64,000 nt of DNA from Stegostoma tigrinum (lineage: Eukaryota). The stretch lies in the NCBI RefSeq assembly GCF_030684315.1, contig NC_081391.1, positions 13,989,342 to 14,053,341 on the forward strand, written 5' to 3'. A program made the position numbers and the translations under genes. The notes beneath the pieces are model-generated. The model was not told the origin of the DNA, did not search any database, and saw nothing but the letters and a program-made list of their open reading frames with translations. This document shows, piece by piece, positions 12,401 through 22,730 of this stretch. Each line of letters opens with the position of its first letter. Position 1 is the stretch's first letter.

Positions 12401-14248
12401 AATATTGCAGCAGGAGATGCCTCCACCACTGCCCCACCCCCCCCATATTATTTTTCCACTACCCTCTCGGCAAAGGATTCCTCTAACCTGCTTACTCCTC
12501 ACATCAGTGCCCTCTGGTCTTAATGTCTCTTTCTCCCCACCCCCTCATAGCAGACACTCCCCATCTACTATCAAGACTCCACACTAATCAAATGCCATCA
12601 CATAAACATCTCAACTGACTTCACTCTGAGGATTGGAGTGAGAAATCTGATCTCTCCTTTTAATGGATTTTTCAGTCTTGGGGCAACATCCTGGTGACCC
12701 TTCCAGTGCCATTGTGGCTCTGGTCACCACACAGTATTCCACCTTTGCATGGCCAATGCTGCAAAGTTTGTGACAAGACTGGAGTCCCTGTCCTGCGCCC
12801 CAAGAAATGGGGAAGGGCATTGTGGAAGCCAACTTCCCCATCCTGTCTACACTTATGGATCCTTGAAATATCTCTAGTCTTGTTCTCTTGGTTCCTTTTA
12901 TTGTCAACATATTGCTGTCCCTTCAATGAATTAAATAGTAGTGATGCTTTTGATCATTCAGGTCAGTCCTATATGAAGCCATAAGCACAAGTGGGACTTC
13001 AACCTGGGCCTATGCTCCAAACCTAGGGACAGTACCACTGCATTACGAGCCCTGGGATTAAGTTGTGAATATCCTCCTTGGGATGCCATCAGATGGGCAC
13101 TGACAATTCTGTGCAAACATAACTCTTATCCCCACTATGACCTGGTTGTGAATTGACTTTCCTTTCGGAAGAAGCAAATAGGGCTAGGTGAAAGCAATTC
13201 CTTAAATCACTGATCTGTTCTTCCTGAGGACTTCAGGGATGGCGGTGGTTAGCACAACTGCATCAGTGCTTGGGGCACAAGCTTAATTCTGGAGTTGACA
13301 TGTTCACCGCATCTCTACATAGGCTTCCTCCCACAGTCCAAAGATGTGCAGGGTAGGATAGGCCATGAAAAATGCAGGATTACATGGCTGGGGCTAGGAC
13401 CAGGTTGGATGCTCTTCAGATGGTCATGAGTGGGCAGAATGGCCTGATGCATGCTGCAGGGATGTTGTTTCTGAGGCTTACCTGTCCTTCTTTCCATCCT
13501 CAGAAGCCAGAGAGGGATGAGTGGGGTAACAGTCTGCAGGCGCTGCAGGTTGCCCTGGATCTGGAGAAGAATGTGAACCAGAGTTTGCTGGATCTACACC
13601 AACTCTCCACAGCCCAGACTGACCCTCATGTAAGCTTCACCACCTCCTCATTCTCATCACTGCTAGACCCTCAGGGCAACACTTCATTGGTTGGTCTGTG
13701 TGGATTGGAAATTCACAGGTGTGCACTGATCACTTTGGGTCCATGCTGCTGAGCAGTTGTTACATGGTGATCAGTAATGAAGTGAAATGGGAGTTTGGAA
13801 GGCAATCCATTGGGAGTGATGAAGTGATATTGGCCATTGAATTCCCATTCTCACTTGGGAGCATTACAGTGGAATGATCATTGTCCATCACCATCCAACT
13901 CAGCTACACTTCACAAACAGCAAGATGGAGCAGCTGACATCCTATTGTCTTCACTGGCACAGATTTTCCAGGTGTTAGCTAAATTTTCAGGGCTGTCTGG
14001 AACTAGTATGGTAAAGCCTGTTTTTCAGTGGGAATTCTGAAATTGTCTTGGATAGTGTTAATGCACCCAGTTGTCATATTCCTCTGTTGCAGCTGTGTGA
14101 CTTCCTGGAGACTCACTATTTGGATGAGGAGGTGGAGATCATCAAGCAACTTGGGGACAACATCACCAACCTGAAGTGCCTGGGAGCCCCTGAGAATGGG
14201 ATGGGAGAGTACCTGTTTGACAGGCTCTCCCTGGAGGACAGCAGTTAG
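9412..14248 (+). CDS. Ferritin copy C, 176 aa (exons 9412-9513, 11871-12017, 13504-13629, 14093-14248)
   Basis: Four phase-0 exons of 102/147/126/156 nt, GT-AG introns at the positions typical of vertebrate ferritin genes, no stops; TATA 9309-9315; AATAAA 14376-14381. Confidence 0.92.
9601..9760. mobile_element. Hairpin-forming inverted-repeat insertion (Penelope-like pLTR derived) in intron 1 of C
   Basis: Perfect ~56-bp inverted arms; 14-bp target-site duplication ttaatactcttgta 9587-9600 and ttaacactcttgta 9761-9774. Confidence 0.8.
10425..10670 (-). mobile_element. Ancient LINE 3' relic in intron 1, shared by all copies (about 3612-3830, 27950-28200, 36320-36540, 53465-53710, 63150-63400; partly deleted in D and G)
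   Basis: Minus-strand translation [14 protein letters not shown] resembles the C-terminus of a common shark non-LTR retroelement RT (recalled, not database-checked). Confidence 0.55.
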
Positions 14249-16504
14249 TGTGGCCTGGAGTACTGTCTGCTTGGTCTGAATGCATTCCCCACTTCACCCT
14301 GGACAACCTGTCTCCTTCCAAGGAGAAGGGACTTGGAGCAAAGAATGTAATGGCTGTACCAGCTAAATGGAAATGAATAAAATCATGTATTGATCTTGCT
14401 TATTGTCCATCATTCAGAGCTCTGAATACTTTGGGTGATAGCTCTTGCTTGAAGCCAATTCGTTTTCTGTCATTTGATTGGTCCAATTTCTAATTGGATT
14501 AGGCAACCCTTCACAGAATAGCTCACTATCCCCACATTAGAATGTAACTCGATGGAGTGTTTTTTTTTGGTTAGTCCTGTGGAAATTGAAGGTGTTTCTC
14601 CTCCAAATAGGATAAGGTTGGGATTTGTCAATTGTGGCATTCTCCCTCTTCTAGAGGACAATTAGTGCGCTTCTGGATATGGTGGGTTCAACTGTAGCTC
14701 AAAGAAATTGTCTTCCTCTGGTGACAGGAAGTTCCCACACCTTCTAAATAGACTTCTCTACCCAGCCTGATAGAATTTGGGATAGTGGTGTTCAATTGCA
14801 CATTTCCCTTAATCTCTTCCCCGCCTCAGCCATCCTGCGTACTCAATTATTGCCTGAATGATGACAGCAACACAAAGTGAAGACAGCCCTTTATCTACTG
14901 ACCCAGCTGCCTGATCACAAAGGTCTAAAGGAAGAGGCCCAGCAGGCTCTGATTTCAATCCAGCTGGCGGAAGCAGCAGAGGTGTGAAACAATCTCGACT
15001 GCCTGGTATATCTCTTTTTTTTTTTTCCCCCATTGGGCCCTACCCTGACCAATAAACACTATATTCTCAGTATTGTTACTTTTGGTTTCACCATCCCAAA
15101 CTGTGGCTGGCGCTCTTTCTCTTCCGCTTCTCCTCACTTCTCTCACCCCGCCCTCCCCCCACCCAACCTTTTCTATCCACGTGCCCCCACCAGCCTAAAC
15201 ATTCACCACAGCCCCTTTCCCTGGGAGTCAGCTCCAGACGTTCACCTGAACTGTACTGGATTATAATGCAGGGCCTCATTGCTGCTTACAGCAGGATAAC
15301 AGGGACCTGGGAAGAACACAGCAATGCACCTGGTTAAATGCTGCTGTTTGATTGGCTCTTGTTGCTAATGCCAGCATTGAGCACACTAAGCTGCTCCTTT
15401 GGTTCCTCTGAGCTTTCCCCCATGGTGAACATTACTCCTGATGCAGGTTGATTGGGTGAAATCACATTGAAGGAGCAAAGTGGCTCGGAGGAGACATGGA
15501 GATGCTGACTTTCCTTTACGGCTGCTTCTTTTATCTTTCAAGGTGTCAGAGATCATGGGTTCGTGAGGGGGCTATCAGAGACATCCTGAGGATTGTTCCA
15601 GGGAGTTTTGTAGCGAGTGCACACTGCAGCCTTCATCGAGGTTGGCTGGGGTGGGGGGGGGTGCTGCAGAGTCAAAAGGCACTCAACATATTTGTTCCAC
15701 CACATAAAGCAATTTATTTTTGGTGACAATAAGTCTTGGCTACAGTAACCCTCAAGTGCAGGAAGGGACCATTAGGCCCATTAAATCTGCATCGACCTTC
15801 TGAACAGCATCCTCCTTAGACCCAACCCCTTTGCCTTAACTCCACATTTCCCACGGCTAATCGACCTAGCCTGCAGGCCCCTGCTCACGATCGACAATCT
15901 GCAAATCGTTGGGCTGTGTGAGGAAACTCAAGCACCTGGAAGAAATCCACGCAGTCCATCACCCAGGGGGAGAATCGAACCTGGGTCCCTGGCACTGAGG
16001 CGCCAAAACATTCTAAAGTACCAAAGGAAAGGAATACACTGCGGCAAACTACGCCATGGGAATAGACTCTGCAGCGCAGCCCGAACTTGCAGACCAGGTT
16101 TTCATAAACTGTGTAGTGCCATTTGCCTACGTTTGGCCCATCTTTCTCTAAACCGTTCCTTTCCATGTAAATCTCCAAATGTCACTTAAATGTTGTAATT
16201 CTATCCACCTCGACCACTTCCTCTGGCAGCTCGTTCCATACACGCACCACCCTCTGTGTGACAATGTTGTCACTCACGCCCCTTTTAAATCTTGCCGCTC
16301 TCCCCTCAAACCGGTGCCCTCTAGTTTTGGACTCCCCTACCCTGTCCCAGCATGCTTTTTATATACAGTCAATCTTGAGTGTGCCAATGGCAAGGCTACA
16401 TTTAGTGCTCAGCAACTGTTACACTTCAGGAGGTGGTGATGAGCTGCTTATTACAGTCCACCTGGTGTCGGAGAGACCGGAATGATGCTGCTGCTGCTGC
16501 TGTT

Positions 16505-16740
16505 GCTGAGGAGGGGCTCCTGGGATTTTCATTCACAAACAGGGATATTGTTCCAAGTCAGGATGGTGACAGAGTTACATGGAGCTGCTTGAGTGTCGTT
16601 GGTGCTGCCTCCAGCAAGAACATTGTAAACTATTCCAGCACTACTCCCAATTTCAGCCTTATTGAGGGTGGGCAGGTTTTGGAAACTCAGGAGTTGAGTA
16701 CTTCCTGACAGAATTCCCAGCATCTGAATTCCCAGTTTCT
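16505..16740 (-). mobile_element. Ancient LINE 3' relic in the intergenic spacer (also about 24645-24880, 42810-43040, 59590-59810)
   Basis: ttccaagtcaggatggtg...cagaattcccagc..ctga resembles the same retroelement family as the intron 1 relic. Confidence 0.5.
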
Positions 16741-17307
16741 GAGCTGTACCATCTAGAGAACGCAATGTAAACAGAACCAGAAATTCTTCACTTGGAAACA
16801 TGCTGGGGTGAATCACTAGTTCTACTTCAAACAACGAAAAACGAAACTGGGAGACAGAAATGTTCAACGTGCAATACATTTCTAGCAGCAACTGAAACAT
16901 AGAGGCCTGAGGCCTACTGTGTAGAAGAGGCACTCAGCACATTTAGCGTTTTGCTTTTCAAACTGGGCTTCAAGGTCAAGGTCAGGGAGATCACATCAGA
17001 TGCAGATTGGACCCACAAAGTACATCAGTTGCCTGTTTTAGATGATCCAAAAGCACATTATTTGTGTTGCTGCACAGAAATAGGAAAATGTTCTGATCAA
17101 CCAAATCGAGCCATTTTTCAAAGAGCTCCAACACCAACGTTCAAAAATTATGACGACTAATCCCTCAGAATAGCAATCCGACAGAATTCTGCAAATCTGT
17201 GATGAATGTGTCTTAACGCACAACCTCAGATACAGACGTGAAGTTTTAGAGTATATTTTATTCTCATTTTCAGGGAGATGTCCTTCCAGAATTTGCACTT
17301 GTGCGGG

Positions 17308-17495
17308 AGGTCAAAGGTCATTTCAGCAATTTCATCATCAACCAGTTGTCAATTCTGATTGGTTTTTTGACCCGATTCCCATCCTGCACTGATTGGATGT
17401 GGCAGCTGATCAATTGATTAACAAGAGTGTTTGGCCATCACTGATGATCTCATTTCCTGCTTCATAAAATGAGTGTTGGCTCCTGGAGTATAAAT
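17308..17495 (+). promoter_or_regulatory. Proximal promoter of copy D
   Basis: Perfect DR1 17308-17320, ctgattgg, cagctg, TATAAAT 17489-17495. Confidence 0.75.
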
Positions 17496-17582
17496 AGAGT
17501 CCCAGGGCAGGGATGTTTACTGTTGCTTTTAGCTGTGTCATTTTTCTGGGGAGGAAAATAAAGCAAGTGTTTCCTTTATAAG

Positions 17583-20500
17583 ATGGCCTCCCAGATCAGT
17601 CAGAACTATCACCAGGATTGTGAAGCTGCTGTCAACAAGCAGATTAATGTGGAGCTCACTGCCTCCTATCTCTATCAGTCTTTGGTGAGTGGTGTCTCTG
17701 TTGGGTGAAACATACTTCTGTTCTGTTGAAGTGAACTCTTCCCCTTGGATGTAATTAAGTTGTCTATCTTATAGACTGAGTTTTGTGGCTCCTCCCTCTT
17801 TCTCAATGCAGGATGAGTGTGATGTTACTGTAACAATAGTTTGGTGTCTAATGTTACTCTAACTTGGGTCCCAGTTGGTTGTCAGTGAGATGTGGAGGGT
17901 GGAGTGTTCTTGTAGTTACTTGCCTGTCCCATGATGGTGCTGTGACTGGTGGTAATTATAGCTTCCTGTGGCTGTTTGAAACTTGAGGGAACAAAATTAA
18001 AAATGAATTGGGACTCACCATTGTGGGAATGGAAGCACCATCAGCTAGTCACTGCTTTTCTTGTATCCTTGTTTCTATTTGAATCTTGTGGGGATCTGAA
18101 GTAAACCTGCCAATTGTGACTGAGAATCTTGGTTTCCTATTGCAATCAGCTTAGAATAGGCTTGTTCTAGCCCTACAGTGATGGGCCGAGAGGTGGCAAA
18201 TGGAGTTTAATGCAGACAAGTGTGAGCTGATGCACTTTGGTAGGAGTAACCGGAAGGCAAAGTACAGGGCTAATGGTAAGATTCTTGGTAGTGTAGATGA
18301 GCAGAGAGATCTGTGTCGATAGGTAGACACGGATTGTTCAAAGTTGCCACCCAGGTTGACAGGGCAATTAAGGCAGTGTTTTGTCTTTTATTAAGAGGAT
18401 TGAGTTCTGGAACCAAGAGGTTATGGTGAAGCTATCCAAAAACTCTGGTGCATACAGTTCTGGTCACTGCATTATAAGGATGTGAAGCTTTGGAAAGGGT
18501 GTAGAGGAGATCTGCTAGGATGTTTCCTGGTATGGAAGGAACATCTTATGAGGAAAGGCTGAGGGACTTGAGGCTCTCTTCATTAGAGAGAAGAAGGTTG
18601 AGAGGTGACTTAATTGAAACATATAAAATAATCAGAGGGCTAGTTCGGGTGGATAGGGAGAGCCTTTTACCTAGATGGTGATGGTGAGCATGAGGTGGGG
18701 TAGCTTTAAATTGAGGGCTGATAAATATAGGACAGATGTCAGAGGTAGTTTCTTTACTCAGTAAGGGAATGCAATGCTTTGCCTGTGACAGTAGTAGATT
18801 TGCCCACTTTAGGTACACTTACGTCATCATTGGATAAGCAAATGGGCGTACATGGAATAGTGTAGGTTAGATGGGCTTGAGATCAGTATGACAAGTCGGC
18901 ACAACATCAAGGGCTGAAGGGCCTGCACTTGGCTGTTATGTTCTATGCTCAGATTAAACTGGGTGAGGTTGTGACTCTTATCTGATTAAGCAGATCTCCA
19001 TTTGAAATCTACCTTGCTTTTCTTCATACTCATGAGGTGGGTGTGGGCTGTCTGTATGTCAAGTGTTGGAGCTTTTCAAAGGCACAGCACTGCCATGGGG
19101 CTGAGAATGTACTGACCCAGTGACTCTGGTTAAAAAGTTTATGCCCATTGTATTTGGCCTGATTGTAAACTAACTGGACCCTCTTTCCCCAGGTGGGGTG
19201 CTTGTGCCCTTCCAAGGGGTAGAAGGTGTTTACGTAACCTTGGTGTTTGTTGCAGGGTGCTCTCTGGGCTTGTCCCTGTCACCAGGAAGTCCCCCTCCTG
19301 ATGAGGATCAAGCCCCTGTCAGCCCCAGTTTGGGAGGGGGAACAGCTTTCATTGAGCCAGCAGTTGGGTTTTAATCACTGACCCATTGTCCCAACACACC
19401 TTGTAAGCATGTGCCAGGAATGAAATCCTTACTATTCTACATCTTCTAACTGCACATTTAAATCGCAAAGATAAATTGTGCTTGTGTTTGCATTTGAGAA
19501 TTGAAGCAACTTTTTTCAGCAGGATTTGTAAGAATGTGCTTGTTACTGGCTGCTTCCAATAGCAGACCTGCTAAACCTCAATACATTGAATTGTGAACAT
19601 CCTGGTTTAGAAATCTACAGGACTTTGCCTGTTGGATTAAGTCAACAGTGGTTTTTCCAGGTTAATGAGGGATCTTGTCTGGAGAGTAGTTGATCTGCAG
19701 ATCACTGTCATATTTGTCATGTGATCAGTTTGTTTTGTCAGTCTTTGTTTCATGTGTAATGGTACAAGTTGCTAGCAGTCTGAGTCAGTGCAGCTGTTTC
19801 AGATGCAACAATAAACTGTTGCAGTAACAACCCAAAGGCTGTCCTTAGGCAGGCTTTCCTTGGCAGATTCTTGGAGCTAACATCCTTCATTCATCTCCTC
19901 ATGCCCCCCCCAGCCACCCCAATACTGCAGTTCTTGTCAAACTAATAGATACAGTGCATCCAATTGCATTGATCCTGACTCAGCAGAAAATGTGCTTCTT
20001 CCAAGCTGTTAATTGCAGTGTCTAGGATCTGTTTTCTGGTCTTTGCCAAAGCAGCAATACAGTGCCCTGCAGCTGTTCTATTGGTGTACATCCTGCACTC
20101 CAGCCCCTGGCATTTCTTGAAACCCTATTCAATCAAAGATTTATCCCATTTCTGGTGGAGGTTAATCAGTAAAAACATCAATTCACACTTGTTCTCACCA
20201 AATGCTGTGCCAGACCCTCCTGGGCAATTTGCCTGGAGTTTCAAACCAAAATAAAACACATGGTATTTACAGCTTACTGGAGGAAGCTGGGATTGTTTTG
20301 ATTTTTCCAATTCAACAGCAACTGTTCAAAACTGGGTTCTGAATTGTTAATGCATCAGGTACTTAACAGCTTATTGTCAGTTTGATTTTGAGAATGCTCA
20401 AGTAGCCCTGTAGTTCTGAACTGAAATTGGCCCATGACTTGTTAATGGACTTTACCTTGTTCTCCCTTCCAGATGTCCTACTTTGACCGGGACGATGTTG

Positions 20501-22730
20501 CCCTTCCCCATTTTTCCCAGTTCTTCAAACATCAGTCTCAGGAGAAGCGGGAACATGCAGAGAAGCTGCTGAAATTCCAGAATCAGCGTGGAGGCGGAGT
20601 CTTCCTCCAGGATGTGAAGGTTGGAGTTGGGTGGGGTGGGGAATGGGATGGTAATGGCTGCTCTTGTGGTGTGGTTTCAAGTCAGTGACAAGGTTTTCAT
20701 TTGAGTCAAAACTTTGTTCAGCCTGTTTGATCTCCTTTTTGAAGCCAGTGTGGAAAGAAGCCCTTTGGCCCACCATGTCTATGCTGACCCCACAAACACG
20801 AACAACATTAATCCCACTTACCTGCCCTTGGTCCACAGGCCACTGTCCTGGCACTAAGTATTTGTCCAGCTGGACCCTAAACTGATCTGGAGTAGCTGTC
20901 TCCACCACCATCCAACCCTTTATGTGGTTCATCTCATATTTCAAACAGCCCCTCAGAGGGGTGGGGGTGGGGTGAAGTTTCCTCCAATCCCCTCTAACCT
21001 GCTTACTCCTCAAACCTGGTTTCTCTCCTGTCTTGGTGTCTGCCATGGGAAGACATTCCATCAACTGGCCACTCTCTATTCTTCAATTACATCAGGTCAC
21101 TCCCTCAGCCGTTCCTGCTCCACAGAAAATCCCAGCCTATCTAACCTCCAATCAATGGATCTTGGGCAACAGCCTGGGGAACCTCACCAGCTTCCCCCTG
21201 CAGTGCCATCCTGTCCAGGTGACTGGTGAGGCCAAAGAGGAATAATGTGGTGACCAGAAAAACAAACTGAGGAGACTGGTCCCCTTCCTGTTCCACCACA
21301 CCCAACTAATAGAGGTTGCTTGCCCTCTGTCACTGTTACACCCTGTTGACCTTGTCTGAACTTTGAGGGATCTATGGTTGTGGGCCTTTCTTAACTGTTA
21401 GCAGCACAACACACTTTGCAAACACCTCGCTGTCCCTTGGATGAATTAAATAGCCGTGATGTTTCTGATCATCCTGCTCAGGCATGTATGAAGCCACCAG
21501 CACAAGTGGTACTTGAACCTTGGCCTTGTCAGCCAGAGACAGGGGCACTACCACTGTACCATGACAGCATTTAGGATTCACTTGTGAATATCCTCGCAAT
21601 TCCATCAGATGGACCCTGATGCAAATCTTGTCATTATCCCCCACAATGACCTGTTATTCACCTTCCTCCTTCAGATCAAGGACCGACAGGCAAGGTGAAA
21701 GCAATTCTGAAGGAACTGTGCTCCAGGGCTGCCTCAGGGGCTAGCAGTGTTCTCAGTGCCAGGGACACAGGTTTTGATCTGGCCTCTGGTGAGGGACTGG
21801 TGTTTACATGTCCTCCCCGTGTCTGCGTTGGTGTCCTCATAGTAAAAGAGGATTGGCCATCTGAAATGCAGGGTTACAGGAATAGGGTGGGAGAAGGACG
21901 AGTTGGGATCCTCTTCAGAGCAGTTACAGACTGATCCACGTTGTAGAGATTCTGAAGCTTAACAGTCCTTCTTTCCCTCCTCCAGAAGCCAGAGAGGGAT
22001 GAGTGGGGTAACAGCCTGCAGGCAATGCAGGTTGCCCTGGATCTGGAGAAGAATGTGAACCAGAGTTTGCTGGATCTACACCAAGTTGCCACTGCCCAGG
22101 CTGACCCTCATGTAAGCTTCACCTCCTCATTGACTTCACTGCTAGGCCCTCAGGGCAACACCTTCATTGGTTGGTCTTTTGTGGATTAGAAATTCAGTTA
22201 GACTTTGTTTTTGTGCAGATGACATGGATCACTTCAGATCCATAGTGATTACAAAATCATTGCTGAGCAGTTGACTCCAAGTATGTATTTTAACTTGTAA
22301 ACCTGTGGGGAGGACTGAGGGGATATTGGTCACCGAATTCTCATTCAGGGCCACTGCAGTGGAATGACTTTTATCCATCACAAGTCAACTCTGCTCCAGT
22401 AAATAAACAGCAAGATGAAGCAGCTAAAAAGCAGTTGTCCTCTTTGCACAATTTCTCCAGGCGTTGGCTCTAGTCATCCCTGACAATCTCCCTCCATATG
22501 CATGTTTTTCAGTGGGGATTCTGAAGTTTCTTGGATAGTGTTAATGTACCAAGTGTCATATTCCTCTGTTGCAGCTGTGTGACTTCCTGGAGACCCACTA
22601 TTTGGATGAGGAGGTGAGGATCATCAAGCAACTTGGGGACTACATCACCAACCTGAAGCGCCTGGGAGCCCCTGAGAATGGGATGGGAGAGTACCTGTTT
22701 GACAGGCTCTCCCTGGAGGACAGCAGTTAG
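17583..22730 (+). CDS. Ferritin copy D, 176 aa (exons 17583-17684, 20473-20619, 21986-22111, 22575-22730)
   Basis: Intact spliced frame, GT-AG introns; TATA 17489-17495; AATAAA 22857-22862. Confidence 0.92.
18174..18947 (+). mobile_element. 5'-truncated, decayed CR1-type LINE in intron 1 of copy D
   Basis: RT C-terminal motifs ([11 protein letters not shown]) and the same 3' end and gttctat tail as the elements at 25.3 and 50.8 kb; ends approximate. Confidence 0.85.

Noticed and set aside
16433-16708. Recurrent ORF MVMSCLLQSTWCRRDRNDAAA...EEGLLGF (also 24582, 42744, 59524) as an interleaved second gene
   Set aside because: Recurrence reflects the duplicated spacer; lengths and frames vary, the 3' part is antisense LINE relic, and there is no consistent splice or promoter support.
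16930-16946. gcactcagcacattt as an antioxidant response element (ARE/MARE)
   Set aside because: Lacks the TGAC core of TGACnnnGC in all copies; only a Maf-like half-site, too weak to call.
17453-17485. tttcctgcttca matches the 5' arm of the canonical ferritin H IRE
   Set aside because: No CAGUG loop or complementary 3' arm follows, it lies upstream of TATA, and TTTCCTG is explained as an ETS-like site; not a functional IRE.
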